Shown here: positions 23,030-35,650 of the stretch, piece by piece
How the letters are laid out: each line of letters begins with the position of its first letter
Numbering within the stretch: position 1 is the first letter of the stretch
Assembly: GCA_964187785.1 (NCBI GenBank)
Contig: OZ076409.1
Span: 60,514,001 to 60,578,000 of the forward strand
Source: Amphiscolops sp. MND2022
Lineage: Eukaryota
Reading direction: 5' to 3'
Length of the DNA: 64,000 bases
Notes under the pieces: model-generated
Databases searched by the model: none
Seen by the model: only the letters and a program-made list of their open reading frames with translations
Told to the model about the DNA's origin: nothing
Position numbers and translations under genes: made by a program

Positions 23030-24050
23030 AGGTATGTTATCGAAAGCGGATATAGTTTCTGTTACTTGGGTATTGTTTTTAGGGAAAAACAACACCTTCC
23101 AATTAGCAATAAAGCATAAAATGGCCAAAGCAAGAGAAGCACTTATCAAAATCATATCTGAAACAGGGGGCCATAATCTATACGGGGTATATAAACCGCA
23201 CTTGTTAGACCCGTTGATTATTCTCATTTATGGATGCGAAGTATAAGGTTACGAAAATCTGGATCAACTGGAAATTTTCCATCGAACTTTCCTCAAAAAT
23301 GTTCTACAGGTTCGTAGAGAAACACCTAACCTGATGGTATATCGGGAAGTGGGAAGATTGGAAACCTGGTATCAAGTCTGTCATAGAGTGACAGGATTCT
23401 GAAAAGACTTACTTCGTCACAAACTAAGTATTCCAATCTTCTCTATAACTGGGTCAAATCACGTGGGAAGACATACATTTGGCTTGAGGGAGAACAAAAA
23501 ATTCTAATAGAGTGTGGTGTACCTGCAACTTTTGAATGTCCAGCGGAGATATCACAACCCCACTCGAGGAGATTTTTGAAAGCACAATTGAGGGACGCTG
23601 CTACTCAATCTTTGGGAACGTCCTTGAACGAGAACACTCTTTGAAAATATACTTTTCATACAAATCCAATTACGGCATAGAAAAATACCTGATCAACTCG
23701 AGACAACCTTACCGAAACTAATTGAGTAGGTTCCGACGTGCTTTTATTGTGAATGTGCATACAAGACAAAAAAAATCTAGAAACAACTGAAACGCATTGT
23801 CTACTTTGTAACGAGGAAGGGCTGGCAGAAGAATATCTTTTACTTCTACTTTGTAGGAGCCTAAAGTCAGAGCGAGGAAAATATTTGGCGGAAGAGTTTT
23901 ATAAGTACCCGAATTTTCTGAAGCTAAAGAAGTTGATGAATTTGAGTTGCACCTCCAAGGTATATATTTTAACCAAGACTTGTAAACTTATTAACAACTT
24001 CGTTCGTTTCACAACTGAATGATAAACACAACTATGAGATAAACAAAAAC
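23030..24050 (+). mobile_element. 5'-truncated, degenerate non-LTR retrotransposon (LINE) ORF2 3' end
   Basis: Translated remnants LIYGCEV*G...FHRTFLKNVLQV...PNLMVYREVG and a terminal CLLC...E...C zinc-finger-like motif, typical of the region downstream of LINE RT. Confidence 0.7.
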
Positions 24051-24241
24051 TAATCAAAACAGTCAATTGAAGAAAAATTAAAAACTTGTTTTGCGAACCA
24101 ATTGTTACATAGAGAGGTATTGAGACTTAATTTTCCCAATATTCGTCATAAAAAATTCAAGCAAACACGAATGTAAACTAGAATAAGTTTCAAGAAACTT
24201 CCATCGAAGAATTTTTTCTCGAATGTCAATTTCAGAGAGCA

Positions 24242-24262
24242 AGTAGTAGTAGTAGTAATAGT
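24242..24262 (+). repeat. (AGT)n tract 1, 7 units with one AAT variant
   Basis: Read directly from the sequence; left boundary of the element array. Confidence 0.95.
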
Positions 24263-25081
24263 ATTCTCCGCACTGGCGCTTTATAGAACTATTCTCGGCG
24301 CCAGCGATTGTAAAACGCCAGTCAGCAATCATTCTAACCTAAGAAAACGCCAGCTGCCCTTATTTGAATTTCCGCAACTGGTTTCAGCTAAATCTGGCCT
24401 AAGGATCTTTGAAATGTTTTTTTTTTCAGCTTCGCTGGAAAGGTTTTTAGGTTTTTTCACCTTGTTTGCTGTGGTGGCGTTTTATTACCTATTGGCGTTT
24501 TCCACCCCTGTTTCAAAATTTCGAATAGCATGCCCAGGAAAACCGGAATCCTAAAACGGGTGTAACATCATCATCTGGCATGGTGGAAATCATTTTCCGG
24601 AATAACAACAAACACTCTTGGGTATAAGTCTCCCTTCTAAAAGCACTGAAAACACATTTTAAAAAGTTTCCAGTATTTCAGGTCATATTGGATTTCGAAA
24701 AAAAGTATAAGGTGTGAACGATAGTTTCACTGACATACGGGTTGAAAACTTGCGGGGTTATTCTAAGAAAATTGTTGTTGTTGTGGCTGTGACATTTGCA
24801 ACAATCAACATCGATGTTATTTCCTTTTCTACAGATTTGGTAGTTTCTTTTCTTGCTGTCGTTTTAAGGTACCCTTCATTTTTGTTGAAGTAAAACTTTG
24901 GAATTATTGTATATGAAGCTAATCCGGTGCCACTACTCATCGACAGTTTCGATGTGCCTTCATTTTCACACTTCTTCATTTTCATTTCTTTATTGGTCAC
25001 CGATATTTAGATGTCATGATGTTAATATTTTTTTTTGAATTTCAGATTTGTTTTGAAGTCAATCGAGATTACGAGATCTGA

Positions 25082-28000
25082 TGGAGAGAGAATAGAGGCA
25101 GTCGTCTCTATAACAGATGGAGAAACGAGCCAAAAAACTTTTTATCCAGTGACCCCCCAGATTTTCTGGTGAAATCTTCCCTAAGCCCCCACGCTGGCAA
25201 TGGGTTATTCGTAACAAGAGCATTTCAAACAAGAGAGTTTTTAGTGAACTATAGAGGAGATCGTGTGACTGAAGAAGCGTCCACTCTCGTTGATAATGTC
25301 TATGTTTTCGACACTGGACCACCGGAACACGTTCTCATAGATGCTGCTAATTGCAATGATTGCATAGCAAGGTTCATCAACGACTCTGATTCACTTTATA
25401 AAGCGAACTGTCGTCCAGTGAAGTTTCGGGACTCTAACGGCACAGTCAAGATTGCATTTTATTCTACTCGTGAACTGAAAGCACAAGAGGAATTGAGGTA
25501 CGATTATGGCACTGCGGAAGCACCTTGGAAACATACTGTGCCTGAAGAATGTTTCAAAGGGATTGCTGAAAATGATACTTCAGTTGATTTGGATCTCATC
25601 GAATTAAACACTGAGTTTAACTGGACAAATTGTGACATGGAATTTGGAGCCGAAGTTGAAGTAGCCTGTAATAGTGCTGAACCAACTTCCACTTCTCAGA
25701 TTGATACTGTTGCTGAACAAGGTGAAGTTGATGCAGTTTGTGGAAAACTGAATCAATGTAAAAGGAAAGAAAATCCTCATGAACATCTTCAACATTTTTG
25801 TCAACGAACTCTCGAAAATTTGAAAAAAAGTGCAGTTAACGAATTTAGTGAACAAATTACAATTGAAGAGATTCCCCAACAACAACAGGCAATTTCCGAC
25901 AAAGTAATAAACGAAACAGATGACTGTCTTGAAAAATTAATTACAAATTCAAATTACAGTCTTGAGAAGCCAGGTGGAGTTGTCAGCCATGAGCAGTCAA
26001 ATGGAGATATTGTCAGTCGTAAAACGCCAGGTGGAGAAGTTGTCAGTTGCGAGAAGCCCGGTGGAGAAGTTTTCAGTTGTAAAAACCCAGGTGAAGAAGT
26101 TGTTAGTCGCGAGAAGCCAGGTGAAGAAGTTGTATGTCGTGAGAAGCCAGGTGGGGAAGATTTCAGTAATGAGAAGCCAAATGGAGAAGTTGTCAGTCGT
26201 GAGAAGCCAGGTGGAGAACTGAGTCGTGAGAAGCCAGGTGTAGAAGTTGTCTTCCGTGAGAAGTCAGATGAAGTGTACAGTGGTGAAGAGACAGTCCTGA
26301 GAAGCACCAGTGGGGATGTTGAAAGAGGGTTTGATACTTGTGATGAACTTCCTGCAAGAAATGACGATGACAATCATGAATCTGAAGATGAACCTTACAT
26401 TTCATCAAAGGAATCGGAAAGTGCAGACAAAATTAGCTCCAAAAGAAACCGACAACGGCGTGACAAATTAGAAGAATGTATTTTGTGCTTTAAGACAGTA
26501 AACAAAATGAGGGATCATTTGTCAAACACTCATAAACTCCACAACAATTTAATTCTTATAAGGTTTCTGAGTAGCTATTACTCGACTCGAAAAACTAAGA
26601 AATGTTTTCAGTGTGATATCTGTCGGAAGAGAATGTCTTTCAAACATGGGCACCCAAAGAAACACGAATTACACGTCATTAAAAAAAGAGACAATATTGA
26701 ACATTTTCCTGCCGAATTTCGTGAAGCTGTGCTACAGTTTCGAGAACAGTTGTCAACACCCAACGAAGTGCTCGTACGGAAGTTTGTGGACCATCAAGAA
26801 GGCCTCGCTGACGATGGTGACTGTGTCACTGTCCAAAGATTCTCGTCCAGCTTGCAGAAATTCTTGTGCTTGGTCAAACATGAAACTAATGATTTCAAAG
26901 AGACGACAATGTTAGCGCCGTTTGCCAGACAGTATAAAAGTTCACGTGGTCTCTCAAAGGCCAGTACAATTATATATCTGTCGGCCCTGAAGAAGTTCTT
27001 TACGTTTCTTGAGTTACATTGCCAACCAGAATTTGAGTGTTAACCGAATACCTTGGAATAAAGTTCTCGACGAAACGAGGGTACCTTATCAAAAAGGATC
27101 ACGGAGTGAGAAGAGGAGGGTGATGAAGGAGAAGTTTTTGAAAGTTCCTACATTCAAACAAACGAGAGTCCTGTATAAGAAGGTAGTAGCTGAGCTGGAT
27201 AAAGATTTGAAAACGCATGATCTCAAATACAAAGCTCTTATGGTTTTCAATTTTTTTATTCTTTCTTTGAGGGTGAATTGTAGATCAGGGCCTCTTTTGG
27301 ATCTAACGTGGGAAGATGTTGACGAGATAAAACGTGTGGGTCATATTGAGACCAGTCGGCATAAAACAGGCCATATATATGACGTTGCAATCACAATCCA
27401 AGATGACCAGCTGCCTTGGTTGAACCGCATGAGAAAACAGTATACTGATGAGTTCCAAGTTGCCTCGGAGAAAGTCTTCCCTTCATCGACGAATTTAAGA
27501 GAACACAGTGTGGCGCGATTTATGCGCGAAGTTTTCCTGAAGTTTTTCGGCGACGAGATCTCAACAGTACTTGAGAAGGATTTCCACTCAAATTCTCTAA
27601 GAAAAATGTGGGACACCTACGTACACAAAAATCGCGATAAGATTCCGTTAGATCTGCGAGAGATGCATCTACGCCAAACGGGACACAGTGAATATACATC
27701 GCAAAATAACTACATTGTTCCAGGACTAAACCCATCCCTTCAATTATACCAAGATGTCTTGAAGGACAACAGTTCACTCTTTGACAATGACTCAAACGAA
27801 ACAAACACCAGTAACCAAGCCGAAAAAGGAAGCCAACCGAGTTTTCAGCTTTCTGGAAATTCATCTCTTAACGAACACACTCCCAAGCCTTCTCATAGCT
27901 CTTCTATTAAGGAACACACCCCCAAGCCTTCTCAAAAGTCTAGTAATGAATACACTCCCAATAAGAGAATTGGTACCCGTAAAAAAGACAAAATGGCGAA

Positions 28001-28389
28001 TCGTGGAAAAAGAGCTACGTCAACTCCAAACAATGGCGACTCCCGCAAAAACCAAACAGAAGAATATGACAGTGACGATGATTGGTCACAATCCAAAGAC
28101 TCTTGTGGGGCAGCAGACTTTGATTCTAGCGACGATGAGTCAAATTTTTCATGTTCTTCATTCAAAGGTCGTGAAAAATACGTGAAGAGTCTAAAGTCAT
28201 TCAGACAATACCATCCGACTTCTCTGGAACGAAGAGTCATATCAAAGTTTTTTTTCTTTCGAGGGCAAATTTACAAAAGTGTCATTCAAATCTGTCGGGG
28301 GCGATGATGTTGAAAAGATGAATGCATTGGAGTTCAAAAGAACATACGACAAATTGAAGTATGCAATTAACGAGTATTTCAAAAAATAA
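25082..28389 (+). pseudogene. E1 SET-C2H2-tyrosine recombinase fusion; frameshifts at ~27035 and ~28250, start codon unclear
   Basis: SET: AGNGLF, ARFINDS, ELRYDYG. C2H2: CILC...HLSNTH. Core-binding-like helix STIIYLSALKKF. YR: NCRSG, HKTG, SNSLRK, GHS...NNY. C-terminus YDKLKYA after a shift in a T run. Confidence 0.85.
25960..26275 (+). repeat. Coding tandem repeat, ~30-bp unit (EKPGGEVVSR-like), about 10-11 copies
   Basis: Visible in both the DNA and the translation. Confidence 0.85.
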
Positions 28390-29642
28390 CATGGTAAAAA
28401 CTTACTTGATGCTCTTGGAATTTTGAAGCGGTTGCTTCTCCGAATGACGTTGTTTTTGGATTTTGCTTTATTTGAAGTTTCAATGCAGGAAGTTGTGTTT
28501 GGAAGATTTTGAAAACTTAATATCATGGGCTTATTCTGTTTTCCCCCCACTACCAATTTTTTTTTGTTAATTAGTGAGCTCTTTTCTGTTCCCCACCCTC
28601 ACCACCACCAAACAAGCGTGACTGCACACGGAAAAAAAGGTGAACAAAGTTGGTATTTGAATCCTAAACTGTCACCCTGAGCAATAAGTGAAAACTTTAT
28701 TGGAAAATTCAAATACACTTCGGAAATCTTAATTCATTTCCAGTGTGACTATTTGGAATTGAGATATTAAGTTTGTTCACAATTTTTCCGTATGAAGTCA
28801 GTCATTTTTTATTTGAGACCCACAAAACAGTGAACACGGACAAACTTGTAGTTGAATTATGTGAAAAATGTTTTGTTCAAACAAAAAACTATTCCAATAG
28901 ATGTTATCTTCCTGTTATGAAAGAAAGTTTTGCTTTAATTAGGCTAGTCGGAAATTTTCAACCGTATTTACTTTCAAAAACTTTGATGGTGGGGTGGAAC
29001 AGAAGAGAACCTAATCATGTGATGTTCTTCTATGTTTTCTCATGGCAGAACCTAACATCCCACATAATTCTTTTCCGTAATTCTGCGTTAGTTTACTGCC
29101 GCATTCAAATCTTGTGAAATTTTAAATGCTTTCTCATCAGAAACTAACATTTAACACTTGATTTAGAGTAATGTCCTGTTGTAGAGTAACATCGGTGTGT
29201 TTTACTGCGCAATTCTAATCATTCATTGTTCTGCCATTATGCCCCCAATTGATTCACATATTTGTATGTTTTGCTAAATCTGATTTTGTAACTCTTTTGT
29301 CATCTACATCGCTGCTTGGTTCGTTGTAAAACCGTGCTGATCAATTTAGACCCCGATCATATTAGCAATTCTTTTCTAATGTACTCATTCAAACCGTAGT
29401 ACCAATTCAACTGGAGGTCTGATTCAAAATGTACCGTCTTTTTTCGAAACGCTGTTATTTTCGTAAGGTGCTATTCAGTTGTAGATCGCTAGTTATTATT
29501 AAAGCGCCATCGAAATAACTAAAAGCCATGTAGTTGTAAAATGCCATCGAATTGTGACATGCCAAAATCTGTAAATCGTGCGGCATTGACAAAACGCCAG
29601 TAGGTATTAAGCGCCATTTTTTCGTAAAGCGCCTTTGCGCCT

Positions 29643-29643
<1 letters not shown>

Positions 29644-29725
<82 letters not shown>

Positions 29726-29730
29726 ATAGT
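29644..29730 (+). repeat. (AGT)n tract 2, 29 units, between E1 and E2
   Basis: Read directly; the penultimate unit is AAT, as in tract 1. Confidence 0.97.
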
Positions 29731-30404
29731 ACGCTTAGATTTGGCGCTCCTCCTGCACGCAGAACGCCAGTTTCGCGTAGCGCCAGCGTTTTCAAAATTT
29801 GCGGGGGTCAAATCGCCAACATGCCCAAATCAAATAGAAAAATTGTCCAATAGTGCCAGAACAGGTGCGAGACGGCAAAAAAAACAAATTTTCGTTATGG
29901 AATTTTTCGAAAAACGCGAATTTTCATCGATTCAGGTTTTCTGGCGTTCTGCGTCCGATGAGCGCCAGTTCTCAGTGAGGCAGCAGAGCGCCCGTAGTAG
30001 GTCATTTTCAATCTAGAGTTTGTAGCATGCAGTCGGTTCCTCTGTGCGCAAATAATCGTACTGTTAATCGATCGAAAAACGTTTACGCTCTTAGTCAGAA
30101 TGCAGCGCCATGCAAAACATAACCTATCACATTAATTCCGATAATCTGGGTTGTAGAAACATCTGCTTTTGAAAAATCACTGGTTTTTTTTGATAGATTT
30201 CAGTCCACTTCAACTTGCGATCACTCCAAGTTCACAAGTAGAATTCATTTTAGTTTCAATATGCTTTTAGACTTAGATCAAGTGATGTTTTTTACAGGAA
30301 GCTCTGAAGAGTTTGGAAAATATCCTTTTTTTTCAGTGGTATGACTTGAGTCAGTCTGCAAATCCAACAATGACAGTGATGATGAAGTCACCTGAGGAAA
30401 TCAG

Positions 30405-30790
30405 AGGATGATGATGGGCCCCCTGTGACAACGATGACAGTGATGTCACCTGCAGCCCCAAAAGGCAGCCTCTACTTCCTCTGTTTCTCTTTCGTCCCAG
30501 AAACTTGTATTTCAAAATTCACAGGGGGCCCCATGGTTGAAAAAATGAACAGGATGATGATGGGCCCCCTGTGACAACGATGACAGTGATGTCACCTGCA
30601 GCCCCAAAAGGCAGCCTCTACTTCCTCTGTTTCTCTTTCGTCCCTGAAACTTATATTTCAAAATTCACAGGGGGCCCCATGGTTGAAAAAATGAACAGGA
30701 TGATGATGGGCCCCCTGTGACAACGATGACAGTGATGTCACCTGCAGCCCAAAAAGGCAGCCTCTACTTCCTCTCTTTCTCTTTCTTTTC
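30405..30790. repeat. 146-bp tandem repeat, ~2.6 copies, inside E2
   Basis: Unit starts AGGATGATGATGGGCCCCC at 30405, 30551 and 30697. Confidence 0.9.
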
Positions 30791-32575
30791 CAATAGCATC
30801 TAAACAGTGTCAAAAGGGAAATGGAAGGCCTGTTTGTCGCAGGCCTATTTCGTCGGAAAACACGGAAAGAAGATGGTGTATCAGCCTTGGCATCATGAGT
30901 CCTTTGTGGTTCTTTCGTCCCAGAAACTCTTGTGGTATGAGGCCCCGACTTTGTTGTCGAATCATTATGAGGGACCCCTGGAAGAGCGACGCAAAACATG
31001 TCAGATACACATAGTTCATCAAGAGCATGGATGGTTAATCAATCACAACCCTTATCAAAAATTTTTGAAGTCCTTTCGTCACAATAGCGTCTAAACACCG
31101 TAGTATCTATTCCTATCAAACTAATGCACATCAAATTTGTAGAAAGTTTCATAGTATTTAGTTGTTGATTTAGATTTTAGTATTTAGTATTTGTGTAGGT
31201 TGATTTGTATTTTAAATGTAGTTTTGTATTTTTTGTTTCAACAGTTAGTTTTTCCTCAATTTGATGTTTTTAGCGTCTGTAGTTCTGAAATTTTCAAGCA
31301 AGAATTTCAGGTTTTGTTCGTTAAAAAATGAAGATCAAATTTTGTACTCCTATAGCAATAACAAAAGACGTCAGCTTTTACTTCTGGTTTGATGGCCACC
31401 TACCATGATTGATTGGTGTGCTTTTAAAAACTCGCCAGTTCATCGCCCCAAAGAGGTGTTGTGACATAAAGTCGCAAAGTTTGAGGTCCCTCTAGACATT
31501 TCAGTCTCACTAAAATATAATTTCTAAAAGGATGTTAATGATAGGTCAAAAGTCTAAAAGTTCAGTTTATTTGCATTCATTATGAAGTCTGAGTTTTTGA
31601 CAATCCGTTGAAACTAATTGAAACAACTTCTCGCGACCGAAAAGTCTTCGTTTTTTGGGCCATGTCAATTTCCCCTCGACAATTTAGACATGCTTAGCAA
31701 CTCATCTCTAGAACAAGCTTCTTCCTCTGTTTTCTGATAATGCTCAACCTCCTCTGAATTTAATTTCGAGTCATCACCGTGATGAAAGCAACCTTGATAA
31801 AGTGCTTCATGACCTCAATTCGTTTCGTCTGTCCTACAAAGTTTTTGAGTAATCCTTTTACTTCTGGTTTTGAAGATACATTTTCTATCAATATTGCATA
31901 CAAAAATGTTTCAATTGGTGGACAGAAACAAACAGAGTTTGGAAAGTTGAAGAGCATGAAGTCAGATACGTCAATACAAGTTGCTTTTTACATGTAACAT
32001 GTGTTGTTGCAACCTGGTAGATTCGTTTGTTCATCTTGTGTATTTCACTTGTGTATTTCAGATTTGTTTATTGATTGCGATTGAGAATGCAGCGACGTAC
32101 CAAAATGAAGCCGCAGTCACTGGACCCATTTCTCTTCATGGAGAGTGACCCTCCGAACTCTTTTCAGGTCCAAGACGTCCCTGGGGCTGGCAAAGGCCTT
32201 TTTGTCACGCGGAATTTTGCCGAGAAAGATTTTCTTATCAATTACCGGGGGACCTTTAGATCAGCCGACACCTCTGACAATGTCTATACGTTCCAAATTG
32301 ACAAACCGGTAAAAGTGATTGTTGACGCTTCAACGCATCCAGACTATTTGGCTCGTTACATCAACGATGTCGACCCATATCACAAGAAAAACTGTGAACC
32401 GAGAGTGGTTCGGAAAGGCCAAGAATGGGTCATTGCTTTTTATGCGACCACTTGCTTAGCCGAAGGTGATGAACTTCGGTATAGTTACGGAACGAAGGAT
32501 GCTCCTTGGCGAAAGGAATGTTACTGGACAAAAGTTTGTGGGTTGGCAACACAAAAGTCAATACGAAAGAGGAAT

Positions 32576-33207
32576 ACGAATGGAAAAACCGCGGAAGTAG
32601 AAGAATCATCTGTGAACTCAAGAACTTTGGATCCCGTTTCTGGGACGAATGGAAAAACCGCGGAAGTAGAAGAATCATCTGTGAACTCAAGAACTTTGGA
32701 TCCCGTTTCTGGAACGAATGGAAAAACCGCGGAAGTAGAAGAATCATCTGTGAACTCAAGAACTTTGGATCCCGTTTCTGGGACGAATGGAAAAACCGCG
32801 GAAGTAGAAGAATCATCTGTGAACTCAAGAACTTTGGATCCCGTTTCTGGGACGAATGGAAAAACCGCGGAAGTAGAAGAATCATCTGTGAACTCAAGAA
32901 CTTTGAATCCCGTTTCTGAGACAAATGGAAAAACCGCGGAAGTAGAAGAATCATCTGTGAACTCAAGAACTTTGGATCCCGTTTCTGGGACGAATGGAAA
33001 AACCGCGGAAGTAGAAGAATCATCTGTGAACTCAAGAACTTTGGATCCCGTTTCTGGGACGAATGGAAAAACCGCGGAAGTAGAAGAATCATCTGTGAAC
33101 TCAAGAACTTTGAATCCCGTTTCTGAGACGAATGGAAAAACCGCGGAACTAGAAGAATCATCTGTGAGCTCGAAAACTTTGGATCCCGTTTCTGGGACGA
33201 ATGGAAA
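32576..33207 (+). repeat. Coding tandem repeat, 69-bp unit x9 (TNGKTAEVEESSVNSRTLDPVSG)
   Basis: Near-identical units in DNA and translation. Confidence 0.95.
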
Positions 33208-35000
33208 TAAACCCGATAAACATGTGCTAGATTTCGATAATCTGAGACAGGAAGCGACGTTTCTAGATGCCACAGAACTCATCCAAAACTATCAACCTCA
33301 GTTTTTTGAAGAGGACCCCTCAATGAATTTTGGAACTTCCGAAGCTGCTGTCGTTAACAGTCATGAAACTGAAGAGCTTCCCTCTGTCGGGGCAGAAGTT
33401 ATTGTTGCAACACACGACAGTTTAAATCATAGCGTTGAGTGGCAAAACTCTAATCAGAACCGCGACCGCAGTCTCTCAGATAGTGAATCACTTTCAGATG
33501 ATGACAACAATGCTTCAGATTCCGAGCCGAATTTCCGTGCTATCAAGGAGGGGATGCGTTCTAAACGACCAGATGTTGAACGTTGTTTGCTTTGTGGGAA
33601 AGATGTCCATAAAATGAGGGACCATCTCTCAAATAAGCACAAGTTGGCGCTTCACGATCCCGTGAGGAGGTTTGTGCTTTCTTATTACAGTACAATCGAG
33701 ACCATCCGATGTTATCAGTGCAACAATTGTTGCATACGATTTGGTGACAAGAGTCGCCATAATAAATCCCACGATTTGGAACAGATCAAAGACAGGGAAA
33801 ATGTCGACTTGTTCCCTCCGTCAATAAAAGTTGGTGTTAAAAACATCTTCGATGGTCTGAGTCTTCCCAATATTGAACTTGTAGATCAATGGGCAAGTCA
33901 TCACAAGGGGCTTGTCGAAGACGGACCAGATGGGAAATTTCTTCGAGCCAACGTTCTTTCCTCTGTAAAGTCATTCAAGCCACCCAGCAATTTACGTGTA
34001 CTGAGGCCCTGGCGTCTTTTGTCCGAGACTACTACAAGAGTGGCAATATATCGAGAACCACCTTGATCAATTATTTGGGAAGTTTTGATAAGTTTATCAA
34101 TTATTTGAAATATCACAAGCCGTCATTATTTCCAGTGCTTCATAAAGTTGACTGGTTGTACTTGTCTTCAGAAGTCAAGCAAAGATACAGAAAAGGATCG
34201 ATGAAAGAAAAGCGCAGTAGTAAGGAGAAGTTGTTTTCGCGTGTTCCCAACTTGCAGGCTGTTGCAACCGTATACAGCAAGATAATGATGTTATGCAATG
34301 ATGACGTGACCGAAAAGAATTTGTCGTTGAAAGAACTGAAATGTTTTAATTTCCTCACATTGGCATTCAATTTAAATGGGCGGCATGGGCCCTTGATCGA
34401 GTTAACTTGGGAGGCTGTAGATGAGATCAAGCAGTCGGGGCCCCTTGACTGTGATAACCACAAAACCGGCCACTTCTACAACATAAAGTTGAAGATCCAC
34501 GTTGAGCAGTTTCCGTGGCTCGGGCGCTTGAAGGAAGAATACATTGAGAAGTTTGGGAAACTTGGAAAGCGAGTTTTTGGGACGAGTAAAGACACTGAGG
34601 AACATTCCATGTCCAAAATTATTAAAGAGGTGTTGCCGAAGTATTTTGATGATGATATCATACAGAGTGACTTCAACGGTAACCCTATCAGAAAGATGTG
34701 GGAAACGTACGTTTATTACAATAAAACTGATTTGTCGGCAGATCAATTATCTTTCCACAAGAGCCAGAGTGCACATGGCCCAGCTACCGCGGAGGGGCAT
34801 TACGTCAATTTCCCTAAACCGTCTGAAGATGCCGTAGATTTTTACCATGAAACGTTGGGACGAGAAGTCGACAAAATGATGAAGAAATTGAAGACGAAAG
34901 AGAGTCAAGTGGAGTTCAATAGTCCTCAAATTGGAAGCAGCAAGCTGCGATCGAGTCGCAGTACCCCGAAAACAGCAGCATCAACTCGTGCCTCAACTCC

Positions 35001-35650
35001 TGGTCCAACTACAACTCCGTCTTTTGGAGTGAGTATAATTTTTCTCTGGCATTTTTCGAAAAGGCCAGTCCTCATGTTTTGGAATTTCTAAGGTTTATCA
35101 CTTTAAATGCATGAATTCATCCTTTAACAAGGTTCAAACTATTTCATCAAAAACCTGGGGTACCTTGATTTCTAGAATATTTTAAACATTTTCTTTCATT
35201 AATTTTGATTATCGATTTTGCAGGTACCATCCTCGAGTGCAGCAGTCTCAACTCCTGCGTCAACTTTTGGTCCAACTACAACTCCGTCTTTTGGAGTGAG
35301 TATAATTTTTCTCTGGTGTTTTTTGAAAAGGCCAGTCCTCATGTTTTGGAATTTCTAAGGTTTATCACTTTAAATGCATGAATTCATCCTTTAACAAGGT
35401 TCAAACTATTTCATCAAAAACCTGGAGTACCTTGATTTCTAGAATATTTTAAACATTTTCTTTCATTAATTTTGATTATCGATTTCGCAGGTACCATCCT
35501 CGAGTGCAGCAGCCTCAACTCCTGCATCAACTTCTGGAAAGCATAAACCATCCTCGAGTGCAGCAGTCTCAACTCCTGCGTCAACTTCTGGAAAGCATAA
35601 ACCATCGTCGAGTGTAGCAGTCTCAACTCCTGCGTCAACTTCTGGAAAGA
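35001..35650 (+). repeat. 267-bp exon+intron tandem duplication followed by a 54-bp coding repeat x3
   Basis: 267-bp units start at 35001 and 35268; 54-bp units at 35493, 35547 and 35601. Confidence 0.85.

Larger units (their letters stand above)
24263..29643 (+). mobile_element. Element E1: SET + zinc finger + tyrosine recombinase DNA element (Crypton-like), flanked by (AGT)n
   Basis: AGT tracts on both sides; GGCGCT at 24275-24280 and AGCGCC at 29628-29633; subterminal CGCC motif clusters; no RT, LTR or long TIR. Confidence 0.8.

Noticed and set aside
23030..24262. AGT tract 1 as the 3' tail of the upstream LINE
   Set aside because: The LINE remnant ends about 200 bp earlier, and the other three tracts have no LINE next to them.
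24758..25000. 80-aa minus-strand ORF in E1 as an accessory gene
   Set aside because: No recognisable motif and no visible similarity to the equivalent region of E2.
27009..27043. Programmed frameshift between the SET and YR ORFs
   Set aside because: E2 is continuous at this point and shifts elsewhere in a different direction, so decay or sequencing error is more likely.
32430..33282. Antisense and alternate-frame repeat ORFs (243, 253 and 137 aa)
   Set aside because: Shadows of the 69-bp tandem repeat in the E2 gene.
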